Source of the DNA: Betaproteobacteria bacterium
Lineage (GTDB): Bacteria; Pseudomonadota; Gammaproteobacteria; Burkholderiales; SG8-39
Reading direction: 5' to 3'
Assembly: GCA_052387375.1 (NCBI GenBank)
Contig: JBQTJF010000082.1
Location: 2,467 to 66,466, forward strand
DNA length: 64,000 nt
The notes below the pieces were generated by a model. That model was given only the letters and a program-made list of their open reading frames with translations. It had not been told where the DNA came from and made no database searches. Both the position numbers and the translations under genes were made by a program. The first letter of the stretch is position 1, and each line of letters starts with the position of its first letter. Positions 39,434 to 48,679 of this stretch are shown here, in pieces.

Positions 39434-40528
39434 TTAGGGCGTCTGTACCACATCCAGAGGGCTGACAGGCCTCGTGACGTGCATGACCAGCGCGTAGGAT
39501 ACCCGGTCGAAGACGCGAAATACAAACGCGAGTCCGGCGCGTTCGTCGGGCAGCCTGATTAGCGCATCCGGCGCGTTCGCTGGCTTGCTCACGTCGCGCA
39601 CCGTTCCGCCGAGATTGTAGAGCGCGAGCACATGGCCCACTTCGATCTTGTCGACGCGGCCGCGATTGATGCTGATGATCGCCTGCGGGCCCGCCTCGCC
39701 GACTCTGCCCGGACTGCCATAGATCGAGATGACGCGCCCGCGGATCTGCGAGTCGGGCGCGTGCGGTGCGTACGTGATCGGCTGCGGCTTGCCTGCAGCG
39801 ACGAGCTTGTCGCCTGCCCCGACTTCTTGGACGGCGCTCGTCAATACGACGGTCGCCGGATCCCCCGGACGCGTCAGCTGCGCCGTACCGAGATAGATCG
39901 CCTCATAAGCGAGCGTCTGATTCGTGTCCGGGTCGACGAGCGGACCTCCCTGGCGATACACGTACCAGCTTTCCTCGGTGGAGGCACCGATGCCGCGAAC
40001 ATACGCCGAGTTTCCGGAGGCGAGAATGACACGGTCCGCCTGCGTCGCGATGATGGTGGGCGCCTTGTCGAGCCCGCCGGGCTCGATGACGAGCGGCCGG
40101 GTGAGGAAGGGCTCGATGAGTGCCGGCGGAATGCTCGGAATCTCCTGCTTGGCCAGCGACTCCATGCGGATGCGCGGGCCGAGTTTGACCGCTCCCGGCG
40201 CAGGAGCGGCGGTGGTGGGCGGAACCGCTTCGGTGCCGCCGATCGACAGGGTGCCGCGGGCGCGGTCGAGGACGATGACGTAGCCGGGGTAAATCAGGTG
40301 CGGGTTGCGGATTTGCTCGCGGTTGAGGCCCCAGAGTTCGGGCCAGCGCCACGGAGAATCGGTATAGCGCTGCGAGATTCCCCACAGCGTGTCCCCCGGT
40401 ACCACGACATAGCGGTCCGGCGCGTCGGGTTTCAGCGTCAGGGGCGCCGTCGGGGCCTGCCCGTGAACCGCCCCAGCCAGGAGGAAGAAAACGAGCAGTG
40501 TGATAGACTTAGAGAGTTGCTGGACCAT
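39434..40528 (-). CDS. LysM domain-containing periplasmic protein (TsaP-like)
   Basis: Start trimmed to MVQQLSKSITLLVFFLLAGAVHG (signal peptide). LysM motif YVVVPGDTLWGISQRY. The dprA / def neighbourhood matches the known position of LysM/TsaP-type genes. Confidence 0.75.
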   Translation of the reverse strand: MVQQLSKSITLLVFFLLAGAVHGQAPTAPLTLKPDAPDRYVVVPGDTLWGISQRYTDSPWRWPELWGLNREQIRNPHLIYPGYVIVLDRARGTLSIGGTEAVPPTTAAPAPGAVKLGPRIRMESLAKQEIPSIPPALIEPFLTRPLVIEPGGLDKAPTIIATQADRVILASGNSAYVRGIGASTEESWYVYRQGGPLVDPDTNQTLAYEAIYLGTAQLTRPGDPATVVLTSAVQEVGAGDKLVAAGKPQPITYAPHAPDSQIRGRVISIYGSPGRVGEAGPQAIISINRGRVDKIEVGHVLALYNLGGTVRDVSKPANAPDALIRLPDERAGLAFVFRVFDRVSYALVMHVTRPVSPLDVVQTP

Positions 40529-40672
40529 GGTGACCCCGTCCCTTTCGCGGCTTCCTGGACCGGCTGGATTTTCGATTTGTCTACCCCAATGTAGCACAAA
40601 GGCTTGAGAGCTTACACGCCGCCTGAGATTCTCCACATAATCTATTCAATTCGCAAGTAAATCTGGTCCAAG

Positions 40673-41176
40673 ATGGCGCTTCTTAATGTCCTTCGATACC
40701 CTGATGCGCGGCTCCACAAAGTCGCCGCGCCGGTCACCGTCTTCGACGATGGCCTGAGAAAACTGGTGTCCGATATGGCGGAAACCGTGTATGCCGCCCC
40801 CGGGATCGGGCTTGCCGCGACGCAGGTCGATGTCCACAAGCAGCTGATCGTCGTCGATGTGTCGGAGCGCCGGGATTCGCTGGTGGTGCTGGTCAACCCG
40901 GAGATCGTCGAGGCGGTTGGCGAGTCGGATATCGAGGAGGGATGCCTCTCTGTGCCCGGCATCTACGAGCTCGTGCCGCGCGCCGAACGCGTCAAGGTGC
41001 GTGCCTACGATCAGAACGGCAAAGCGTTTACGCTCGAGGCGCAAGGCCTGCTCGCGGTCTGCATCCAGCACGAGATGGATCACCTGCGGGGCAAAGTGTT
41101 CGTCGAGTACCTTTCGCAGCTTAAGCAGCAGCGCGTTCGCGCCAAGCTGGCGAAGCAGCTGCGCAAGTCGGCCTGA
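40673..41176 (+). CDS. def: Peptide deformylase
   Basis: 167 aa. Motifs [24 protein letters not shown]. Confidence 0.96.
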   Translation: MALLNVLRYPDARLHKVAAPVTVFDDGLRKLVSDMAETVYAAPGIGLAATQVDVHKQLIVVDVSERRDSLVVLVNPEIVEAVGESDIEEGCLSVPGIYELVPRAERVKVRAYDQNGKAFTLEAQGLLAVCIQHEMDHLRGKVFVEYLSQLKQQRVRAKLAKQLRKSA

Positions 41177-41189
41177 CCGGCCCTTCTAC

Positions 41190-42110
41190 CTGCGACTCGT
41201 TTTTGCCGGCACGCCGCGATTCGCCGAGCGAGCCCTGGCACGCCTCCTCGACGCCGGCCACGAGGTGGCGCTGGTTCTCGCCCAACCCGAGCGCGCGGCA
41301 GGCCGAGGATTGCGGCCCACCCCGGGAGCGGTAGCACGACTCGCAAGGGCCCGGGGGCTGACGCTATTTCAGCCTGAGACGCTGAAGTCCGCCGAAGCGG
41401 TGGCACGGCTACGAGCCGCGCGACCGGACGCCATGGTGGTTGCCGCATACGGCCTCATCCTGCCGCCAGCCGTGCTCGCCCTCCCGCCTCGCGGCGCCAT
41501 CAATATCCACGCCTCTCTGCTGCCGCGCTGGCGGGGCGCAGCGCCGATTCAGCGCGCATTGCTGGCGGGCGACCGCGAAACGGGCGTATCGATCATGCAG
41601 ATGGACGCCGGCCTCGACACGGGACCGGTACTGGCACGGCGCTCGATCGGCATCGCAGCCGACGACGATTCGGGCAGCCTGCACGACAAGCTCGCCGATC
41701 TGGGCGCAGAAGAAATCGTCGCCGTGCTTGCCAGGCTCGAGCGCGGCGAAGCCGCGCCTGTCCCGCAAGGCGAAGAGGGCGCGACCTACGCCCCGAAGAT
41801 CGACAAGCAGGAGACCTGGCTCGATTGGCACCGTCCGGCGGTCGAGCTCGAGCGGGCCGTCCGGGCCTTCAAGCCCTCGCCGGGGGCGGCGACCCGGCTC
41901 GCCGGCCAACCGCTGAAGGTATGGCGGGCGCGCGTCGCGGCCGCGAGCGGCGCGCCCGGTACCTTGCTCGACCCCGGACCGCCGCTGCTGATTGCCTGCG
42001 GCGAAGGCGCATTGGCGGTCGAGGAGGTGCAGCGTTCCGGCGGCCGGCGCATGCCCGCGGCGCAGTTCCTGCGCGGACATCGCTTGGAGCCGGGCATGCG
42101 CCTCGAATGA
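41190..42110 (+). CDS. fmt: Methionyl-tRNA formyltransferase (apparent CTG start)
   Basis: The conserved N-terminus begins (L/M)RLVFAGTPRFAERAL. The only start-like codon in frame is CTG at 41190-41192, 14 nt after the def stop. Formyltransferase motif NIHASLLPRWRGAAPIQ. Confidence 0.88.
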   Translation: MRLVFAGTPRFAERALARLLDAGHEVALVLAQPERAAGRGLRPTPGAVARLARARGLTLFQPETLKSAEAVARLRAARPDAMVVAAYGLILPPAVLALPPRGAINIHASLLPRWRGAAPIQRALLAGDRETGVSIMQMDAGLDTGPVLARRSIGIAADDDSGSLHDKLADLGAEEIVAVLARLERGEAAPVPQGEEGATYAPKIDKQETWLDWHRPAVELERAVRAFKPSPGAATRLAGQPLKVWRARVAAASGAPGTLLDPGPPLLIACGEGALAVEEVQRSGGRRMPAAQFLRGHRLEPGMRLE

Positions 42111-43372
42111 CGGAATCTTCGCCGCTCGCGCATGGACTGCGCGACGCGGCGCGCGCGGTCGCTCAGGTTTCCTCCGGCAAAAGCTTGGCCCAGGAGCTGG
42201 AGCGATCCGCTTCGGCGCCGCGTGCCATGCTCATCGACCTGACGCATGGCACGTTGCGTCGCTATGGCCGCGTGCAAGCGATCGTACGGGAGCTCTCGCA
42301 GCGTGGCCGACCGGACCTCCTCGTCGAAGCCCTGCTTTGGTGCTCGCTGTATGCACTGGGGTCCGGTCGCTATGCCGAATATACAGTGGTCGATCAGGCG
42401 GTGCGCGCCTGCGGGCTGCTCGAGTCCTGGCCGGCGAAGGCGTACGTGAATGCGCTGCTGCGCGCCTTCCTGCGGCAGCGCAAGTCCCTCGAGGCGCGCA
42501 TTCGCGCTGACGCCGAGGCGCGGTACCAGCATCCGCGCTGGTGGATCGAGGTGCTGCGCCGCGAGCAGCCTGCGCGCTGGGAAGCGGTCCTGCAGGCGGG
42601 CAATTCGCACCCGCCGATGTGCCTGCGGGTCAACCGGCGCCGCGCCGACGCGGCGGAGTACCAGGCGCGCCTCGGGGCGGCCGGTATCGTCTCCCGCCGA
42701 ATCGCGGATCAGGCGCTGCTGCTGGCGCGGCCCATGCCGGTGGATCGGCTGCCGGGCTTCGCCGACGGGCAAGTCTCCGTGCAGGACGCGGGCGCGCAGC
42801 GCGCGGCGTCCTGCCTGGATCTCGAGTCAGGCCAGCGCGTGCTCGACGCATGCGCCGCGCCCGGCGGCAAGTCCGGTCACATTCTCGAGAGCGTCGATGT
42901 GTCGCTGACCGCCCTGGAGGCCGACGCGCAGCGCTGCGAGCGCTTGACGCGCAACCTCGCTCGCCTCGGCCTGCGCGCCGATGTGCGCAATGCCGACTGC
43001 ACACGCCTCGACGACTGGTGGGACGGCGTACCCTTCGATCGCATTCTTGCCGACGTGCCGTGCAGCGCATCCGGCGTCGCGCGGCGCCATCCGGATCTGA
43101 AATGGCTGCGGCGCGCCGCCGACCTGCCGGCGTTCGCGGCGCGGCAGTCGGACATCCTGGCGGCGCTTTGGCGCACGCTCGGCCCGGGTGGTAAATTGCT
43201 GTATGTCACCTGCTCGGTGTTCGCGCAGGAGAACGACGCGGTGATCGACGTCTTTGCGCGGCAGGCGCCTGGCGCCCGGCGCATCGCGCTCGCGGACGGC
43301 GCGCCGGCGCAATGGCTGCCCGACGCCGAGCACGACGGCTTCTATTTCGCCTTGCTGCAGAAGCAAGGCTGA
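42107..43372 (+). CDS. rsmB: 16S rRNA m5C967 methyltransferase RsmB (Sun)
   Basis: The ATG overlaps the fmt stop (ATGA). 421 aa. NusB-like N-domain, SAM-MTase motifs DACAAPGGKS and PCSASGV. Confidence 0.9.
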   Translation: MTESSPLAHGLRDAARAVAQVSSGKSLAQELERSASAPRAMLIDLTHGTLRRYGRVQAIVRELSQRGRPDLLVEALLWCSLYALGSGRYAEYTVVDQAVRACGLLESWPAKAYVNALLRAFLRQRKSLEARIRADAEARYQHPRWWIEVLRREQPARWEAVLQAGNSHPPMCLRVNRRRADAAEYQARLGAAGIVSRRIADQALLLARPMPVDRLPGFADGQVSVQDAGAQRAASCLDLESGQRVLDACAAPGGKSGHILESVDVSLTALEADAQRCERLTRNLARLGLRADVRNADCTRLDDWWDGVPFDRILADVPCSASGVARRHPDLKWLRRAADLPAFAARQSDILAALWRTLGPGGKLLYVTCSVFAQENDAVIDVFARQAPGARRIALADGAPAQWLPDAEHDGFYFALLQKQG

Positions 43373-43382
43373 TCGCTGTGCG

Positions 43383-43979
43383 ATGCGACGCATCGCTCTA
43401 GCCGTCGCATACCTTGCGCTCGCCGCGCTCGCCGGTCCGGCGCGCGCCGACGAAATCGAGGTGCGCGACCTGGCGTTGCGCGCGGCCGAAAACGGCATGC
43501 TCCTCGACGCCGATTTCGCGTTCCAGCTCAGCCCGCGCCTTGCCGATATGCTGTCGAACGGCGTGCCGTTGCACTTCAACGTCGACTTCCAGCTGACGCG
43601 ACGGCGTTGGTACTGGTTCGACGAGAACACCGCATTCCGTCGCCTGCAGCTCGGCCTGTCCTATCATTTACTGACGCGGCAATACCGGCTTTCGACTGGG
43701 CCGCAGCAGCAGGCGTTCGCTACGCTCGAGGAGGCGCTCCAGGCACTGATGCACGTGCGCAACTGGCTCGTCATCGACCGCACGGTCAGCTTCGCCGACG
43801 CCGACTACCAAGCGGCGGTGCGCATGCGCTTGGATGCGGCGCTGCTGCCCAAGCCGTTCCAGCTGAGCGCGCTGACCAGCCCCGATTTGCAGCTCGAGTC
43901 GGATTGGAAGCGCTTCACGCTGCGCTCCCCGCGGCACCTTCCCGCCCCGGTGGAGACGCGCGCGCAGGAGACGCGGTGA
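43383..43979 (+). CDS. DUF4390 domain-containing protein (signal peptide)
   Basis: MRRIALAVAYLALAALAGPARA signal. Sequence and position (between rsmB and an NtrY-like kinase) match the DUF4390 family as I recall it. Confidence 0.7.
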   Translation: MRRIALAVAYLALAALAGPARADEIEVRDLALRAAENGMLLDADFAFQLSPRLADMLSNGVPLHFNVDFQLTRRRWYWFDENTAFRRLQLGLSYHLLTRQYRLSTGPQQQAFATLEEALQALMHVRNWLVIDRTVSFADADYQAAVRMRLDAALLPKPFQLSALTSPDLQLESDWKRFTLRSPRHLPAPVETRAQETR

Positions 43980-46045
43980 AGCTGCTTCTTATCGTCGGCG
44001 GCGCGGTTGCGGCGGTGGGCCTGTTCCTGCTTGCCACCGCGAGCGGCGACACCTCGCTCTTCGCGCGGCACTACCCAGTGATCCTCCTCCTCAATGCCGC
44101 GCTCGCCGCGCTGCTCGCGGGTCTCGTCGCGTTCCAGCTCCTCGCCATGGCGCGGCGTTATCGCGCCCGCGTGTTCGGCACGCGCCTTACCGTGCGCCTG
44201 CTGGTCCGCTTTGCCGCGCTCGCCGTCCTGCCTGGCCTGATCGTCTATGCCGTTTCGGTGCAGTTCCTCACCCGCTCCATCGAGTCGTGGTTCGACGTGA
44301 AGGTCGACGCCGCGCTGGAGGGCGGCATCAACCTCGCGCAGCAGGCGATCGACCAGATGAGCCTCGAGCTGCAGGTCAAGGCGCGCGCTATGGCGCTCGA
44401 GCTCGCCGACCGGCCCGAGGCGAAGATTCCCGCGCAACTCGAGCGCCTACGCGCCCAGGCAGGCGTGCAAGAGGCGGTGCTGGTCACGGCCGGCGCGCGG
44501 CTGCTGGCAAGCGCTAGCGAGGACGTGACGAAGCTGGTCCCGCAGCTTCCCGACATCCAGAGCCTACGGCAGGCGCGTGTCAACCGCAGCTTTACCGCGC
44601 TCGACGCGCCCGCTGGGCGGCCGCTGGCACTGCGCGCGGTAGTCCCCGTGGACGTGACGCGGCTGCCGGACGAGGCACGCTTCCTGCAGCTGCGCGCCGC
44701 GGTGCCGTCAAGCTTCGCGCGCAGCGCGGAGGCGGTGGAGGCTGCCTATCGCGACTACCGCGAGTTGGCCATTTCGCGCCAGGGCTTGCAGCGCATCTAC
44801 GTCGTGACCCTCACTTTCGCATTGCTGATGGCGTTGTTCGTCGCCATCGCCGTGGCGGTTACGCAGTCCAGCCTCTTGGCGGAGCCGCTCGCCGCGCTCG
44901 CGCAGGCTATGCAGGCGGTCGCGCGCGGCGATTTCAGCCGCCGCGCTGCGGTGACGAGCCGCGACGAGCTCGGCGTGCTCAGCGAATCCTTCAACTCGAT
45001 GACGCGCCAGCTCGACGAGGCGCGGCGCGTGGTCGAGGCCAACCGCGTCGACCTCGAGGGCGCGAAGGCGCGGCTGGAGAACATCCTCGCCCACCTTTCC
45101 GCCGGCGTGCTGGTGTTCGACCACGAGCTGCGCCTTGCCATCTCCAACAACGGGGCGGCGGCGATCCTGGGCGCGGAGCTGGCGACGTTCGCCGAGCGCA
45201 TGCGCGGCCATTTTGTCGAGCAAGCCGGCAAGGATTGGCAGCTCGACCTGCAGCTTGGCGCGAAGACGCTGCACGCGCGCGGCGCCAGCCTGCCGCGCGC
45301 CACGGGCGGCGGCCATGTCGTCGTGTTCGACGACATCACGCCGCTCATTCAGGCGCAGCGCGCCACCGCCTGGGCGGAAGTGGCGCGGCGCCTGGCACAC
45401 GAGATCAAGAACCCGCTCACGCCGATCCAGCTTTCCGCGGAACGCCTGGAGATGAAGCTGGCCGAGCGGCTCTCGCGCCAGGACGCCGAGAGCCTGCGGC
45501 GCGCGACGCAGACCATCGTCAGCCAGGTCGCGGCCCTCAAGGCGATGGTCGACGATTTCGGCGACTACGCGCGCCTGCCGGCCCCGGCGCCCGGCCGGCT
45601 CGACCTGAACGCCCTGGTAAGCGAGGTCCTCGCCCTCTACGAGGGCTCCGGCGTGCCGGTCGCCAAGCGCCTTGCGCCCGGGCTGCCGCCGGTGTGGGCC
45701 GACGGGGCGCAGATCCGCCAGGTGATCCACAACCTCGTGCAGAACGCCCAGGACGCGCTGGAGAACGCCCGCGACGGCGTCGCCAGCCCGTCGATCGAAG
45801 TGCGCACGGAGCTCGACGGCGACGGCGTGCGTCTCGCCGTGTCGGACAATGGCGGCGGTTTTCCCGAGGAGCTGATGGCCCGCATCTTCGAGCCTTACGT
45901 CACCACCAAGCCGCGCGGCACCGGCCTCGGGCTCGCGATCGTCAAGAAGATCATCGACGAGCACCACGGCAGCGTCGCCATCGAGAACCGCCCGCGCCGA
46001 GGCGCGTCCGTGAGCGTGCTGCTGCCGCTCGCGGAGGCGGCGTAG
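43976..46045 (+). CDS. NtrY-like sensor histidine kinase (multi-TM, HAMP, PAS, HisKA, HATPase)
   Basis: The GTG overlaps the upstream stop (GTGA). 689 aa. H-box AHEIKNPLTPI, N/G boxes (HNLVQNAQDA, GTGLGLAIVKKIIDEH). Confidence 0.88.
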   Translation: MKLLLIVGGAVAAVGLFLLATASGDTSLFARHYPVILLLNAALAALLAGLVAFQLLAMARRYRARVFGTRLTVRLLVRFAALAVLPGLIVYAVSVQFLTRSIESWFDVKVDAALEGGINLAQQAIDQMSLELQVKARAMALELADRPEAKIPAQLERLRAQAGVQEAVLVTAGARLLASASEDVTKLVPQLPDIQSLRQARVNRSFTALDAPAGRPLALRAVVPVDVTRLPDEARFLQLRAAVPSSFARSAEAVEAAYRDYRELAISRQGLQRIYVVTLTFALLMALFVAIAVAVTQSSLLAEPLAALAQAMQAVARGDFSRRAAVTSRDELGVLSESFNSMTRQLDEARRVVEANRVDLEGAKARLENILAHLSAGVLVFDHELRLAISNNGAAAILGAELATFAERMRGHFVEQAGKDWQLDLQLGAKTLHARGASLPRATGGGHVVVFDDITPLIQAQRATAWAEVARRLAHEIKNPLTPIQLSAERLEMKLAERLSRQDAESLRRATQTIVSQVAALKAMVDDFGDYARLPAPAPGRLDLNALVSEVLALYEGSGVPVAKRLAPGLPPVWADGAQIRQVIHNLVQNAQDALENARDGVASPSIEVRTELDGDGVRLAVSDNGGGFPEELMARIFEPYVTTKPRGTGLGLAIVKKIIDEHHGSVAIENRPRRGASVSVLLPLAEAA

Positions 46046-46048
46046 CGC

Positions 46049-47293
46049 ATGGCGCAGATCCTGGTCGTCGACGACGAGATCGGCATCCGCGAGCTCCTTT
46101 CCGAGATCCTCGCCGACGAGGGCCATCAGGTGCTGCTCGCGGAAAGCGCGGGGGAGGCGCGCCGCATGCGCGAGCGCGGCCGCCCCGATCTGGTGCTGCT
46201 CGACATCTGGATGCCGGACACCGACGGCATCACGCTGCTCAAGGAATGGGCCGTCAGCGGCCAGCTCACCATGCCCGTCGTGATGATGTCGGGGCACGCG
46301 ACGATCGAGACCGCCGTCGAGGCGACACGCATCGGCGCGCTCGACTTCCTGGAGAAACCGGTGGCGCTGCAGCGTCTCCTCGCGACGGTCAAGCGCGCGC
46401 TGCGCAGCCCCGAAGCGGCCGCCGCGCCGCAGCTCTCCCTCGCGGCGCTGGGCCGCTCCGCGGCGCTTGCCGAAGCCAAGAAGCGGCTGGCGCAGCTCGC
46501 CCAGTCTTCCTCGCCGCTCATGCTGCGCGGCGAACGCGGCATGCGGCCCGAGCTGTTCGCACGCCTGCTCGCGGCGCCGGCGGCGCCGTTCCTCTCGGGC
46601 GCGGAGCTGCTCGCCGAGCCGCCCTCCGAGTTGCTCGGCAAGGCCGGCGGCGGCGTCCTTTTCCTGCCCGACCTGACGCGGCTCGGGCGCGGCGAGCAGC
46701 GCAATCTCGAATTCCTCCTTGCACGCGCGGAGAAGCACAAGATGCGGCTGGTGTGCTTCTCGCCTGCCGATCCGCGCAGCCTGGCCGAGAAGCACGACTT
46801 CGATGTCGAGCTCGCGGCGCGGCTCGCCGAGCTGACCTTCCGCGTTCCCGCGCTGCGCGAGTTTGCCGAGGACATTCCCGATCTCGCGCAGCTGATGCTG
46901 GCGCAGCTGGTCGAGGCGCGCGCCTGCCCGCCGCGGCGCATGGCGATCGCGGCGCTGAACGCGCTTCGCCACCATGCGTGGCCCGGTAATCTCGCCGAAC
47001 TCGAGGGCGTGGTGAAGGACCTGGCCTTCACCACCCTCGAGGACGAGATCCAGCTCGAGGACGTCGAGCGGGTGATGGCCGCGCGCGGCGGACCGGGGGC
47101 GCTGCCCGAGGTGGCGTTCGACCGGCCCTACCGGGAGGCGCGGGAGGCCTTCGAGCGCGTTTACTTCGAGCACCTGCTCGCGCGCGAGCACGGCAGCATG
47201 TCGCGGGTCGCCGAGCGCTCCGGACTCGAGCGCACGCACCTCTACCGCAAGCTCAAGGCGCTCGGCCTGCCGGTGGGCAGGCGCGAAGAATGA
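46049..47293 (+). CDS. NtrX-like response regulator: receiver, degenerate sigma-54-interaction (AAA+) domain, Fis-type HTH
   Basis: Receiver ILVVDDE...[14 protein letters not shown]. The central domain has GERGMRPE where Walker A is expected, LFLPDL in place of the Walker B DE, and no GAFTGA. C-terminal [27 protein letters not shown]. Confidence 0.87.
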   Translation: MAQILVVDDEIGIRELLSEILADEGHQVLLAESAGEARRMRERGRPDLVLLDIWMPDTDGITLLKEWAVSGQLTMPVVMMSGHATIETAVEATRIGALDFLEKPVALQRLLATVKRALRSPEAAAAPQLSLAALGRSAALAEAKKRLAQLAQSSSPLMLRGERGMRPELFARLLAAPAAPFLSGAELLAEPPSELLGKAGGGVLFLPDLTRLGRGEQRNLEFLLARAEKHKMRLVCFSPADPRSLAEKHDFDVELAARLAELTFRVPALREFAEDIPDLAQLMLAQLVEARACPPRRMAIAALNALRHHAWPGNLAELEGVVKDLAFTTLEDEIQLEDVERVMAARGGPGALPEVAFDRPYREAREAFERVYFEHLLAREHGSMSRVAERSGLERTHLYRKLKALGLPVGRREE

Positions 47294-48663
47294 AGATCGT
47301 CATCCTGGGCGCGGGCCAGGTCGGCAGGTCGGTTGCCGAGAGCCTGGTGTCGGAGCAGAACGACCTCACCGTCGTGGACATCGACGCGAAGCGCCTGCGC
47401 GCGCTCCAGGACCGGCTCGACCTGCGCACCGTCACCGGCAGCGGCGCGCATCCTTCGGTGCTCGTGGAGGCGGGCATCGACGACGCCGACCTGCTGATCG
47501 CCGTCACGCAGTCCGACGAGACCAACCTGGTCGCCTGCCGGCTGGCGGCCCGCATGTTCAATGTGCCGCGCCGCATCGCGCGCATCCGCGCTACCGATTA
47601 CCTGGCGAACGAGAAGGTGCTTGGTGAAGACGGCTTCGACGTCGACCTGTCCATCTGTCCCGAGCAGATCCTCACCGACTTCCTCGTCAAGCTGGTCGAG
47701 TTCCCCGAAGCGCTGCAGGTGCTCGATTTCGCCGGCGGCAAGGTGAGCCTGGTGGCGGTGCGCGCCTTCCGGGGCGGGCCGCTCGTCGGCCGCCAGCTGA
47801 AGGACCTGCGCGCGCAGAACCCCGCCCTCGACGCGCGCATCGTCGCGATTTTCCGCGGCGACCGCTCGATCGTCCCGGAAGGCGAGACGGTGATCGAGGC
47901 GGGCGACGAAGTGTTCTGCCTCGCCGCCAGCGGCAACATACGGGAAGCGATGCGCGAGTTGCGCCGCATGGACCGGCCGGTGCGCCGCGTCATGATCGCC
48001 GGGGGCGGCAACATCGGCATGCGCCTCGCGCGCGCGCTCGAGCAGGATTACTCGGTACGCGTGATCGAGCACAACGCGCGCCGCTGCGAGATCCTCGCCG
48101 CCCGCCTCGGCAAGGCGCTGGTCCTGACCGGCGACACCACGGACGAGGAGCTGCTCGAGGAAGAGGGCATCACCGAGATGGATCTTTTCGTCGCCGTCAC
48201 CAACGACGACGAGAACAACATCATGAGCTCGCTGCTCGCCAAGCGCATGGGCGCGCGGCGGGTCGTGGCGCTGATCAACCGCCGCTCCTACGTCGACCTG
48301 CTGCAGGCCGGCGAGGTCGACATCGCCATCTCGCCGGCGCAGGCGACCATCGGCACCCTGCTCGCCCACGTGCGCCGCGGCGACGTCGTCGCGGTGCACA
48401 GCCTGCGCCGCGGCGCCGCCGAGGCGCTCGAGGCGGTCGCCCACGGCGACCGCGAGTCCTCGCGCATCGCCGAGCGCCGCGTCGAGGAGATCGACCTGCC
48501 GGCCGGCACGGCAATCGGCGCGGTGGTGCGCGGCAAGGAAGTGCTCATGGCCCATCACGACACGCTGATCCGCGCCGGCGACCACGTCATCGTCTTCGTC
48601 ATGGAGAAGAAAAACCTGCCGCGCGTGGAGAAGCTGTTCCAGGTGAGCGCCGGCTTCCTGTGA
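47290..48663 (+). CDS. trkA: Trk system potassium uptake protein TrkA
   Basis: 457 aa. Two RCK/NAD-binding repeats ([12 protein letters not shown]... and [10 protein letters not shown]...). The start overlaps the upstream stop (ATGA). Confidence 0.95.
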   Translation: MKIVILGAGQVGRSVAESLVSEQNDLTVVDIDAKRLRALQDRLDLRTVTGSGAHPSVLVEAGIDDADLLIAVTQSDETNLVACRLAARMFNVPRRIARIRATDYLANEKVLGEDGFDVDLSICPEQILTDFLVKLVEFPEALQVLDFAGGKVSLVAVRAFRGGPLVGRQLKDLRAQNPALDARIVAIFRGDRSIVPEGETVIEAGDEVFCLAASGNIREAMRELRRMDRPVRRVMIAGGGNIGMRLARALEQDYSVRVIEHNARRCEILAARLGKALVLTGDTTDEELLEEEGITEMDLFVAVTNDDENNIMSSLLAKRMGARRVVALINRRSYVDLLQAGEVDIAISPAQATIGTLLAHVRRGDVVAVHSLRRGAAEALEAVAHGDRESSRIAERRVEEIDLPAGTAIGAVVRGKEVLMAHHDTLIRAGDHVIVFVMEKKNLPRVEKLFQVSAGFL

Positions 48664-48679
48664 GCGGTTCGCGCCGTCG

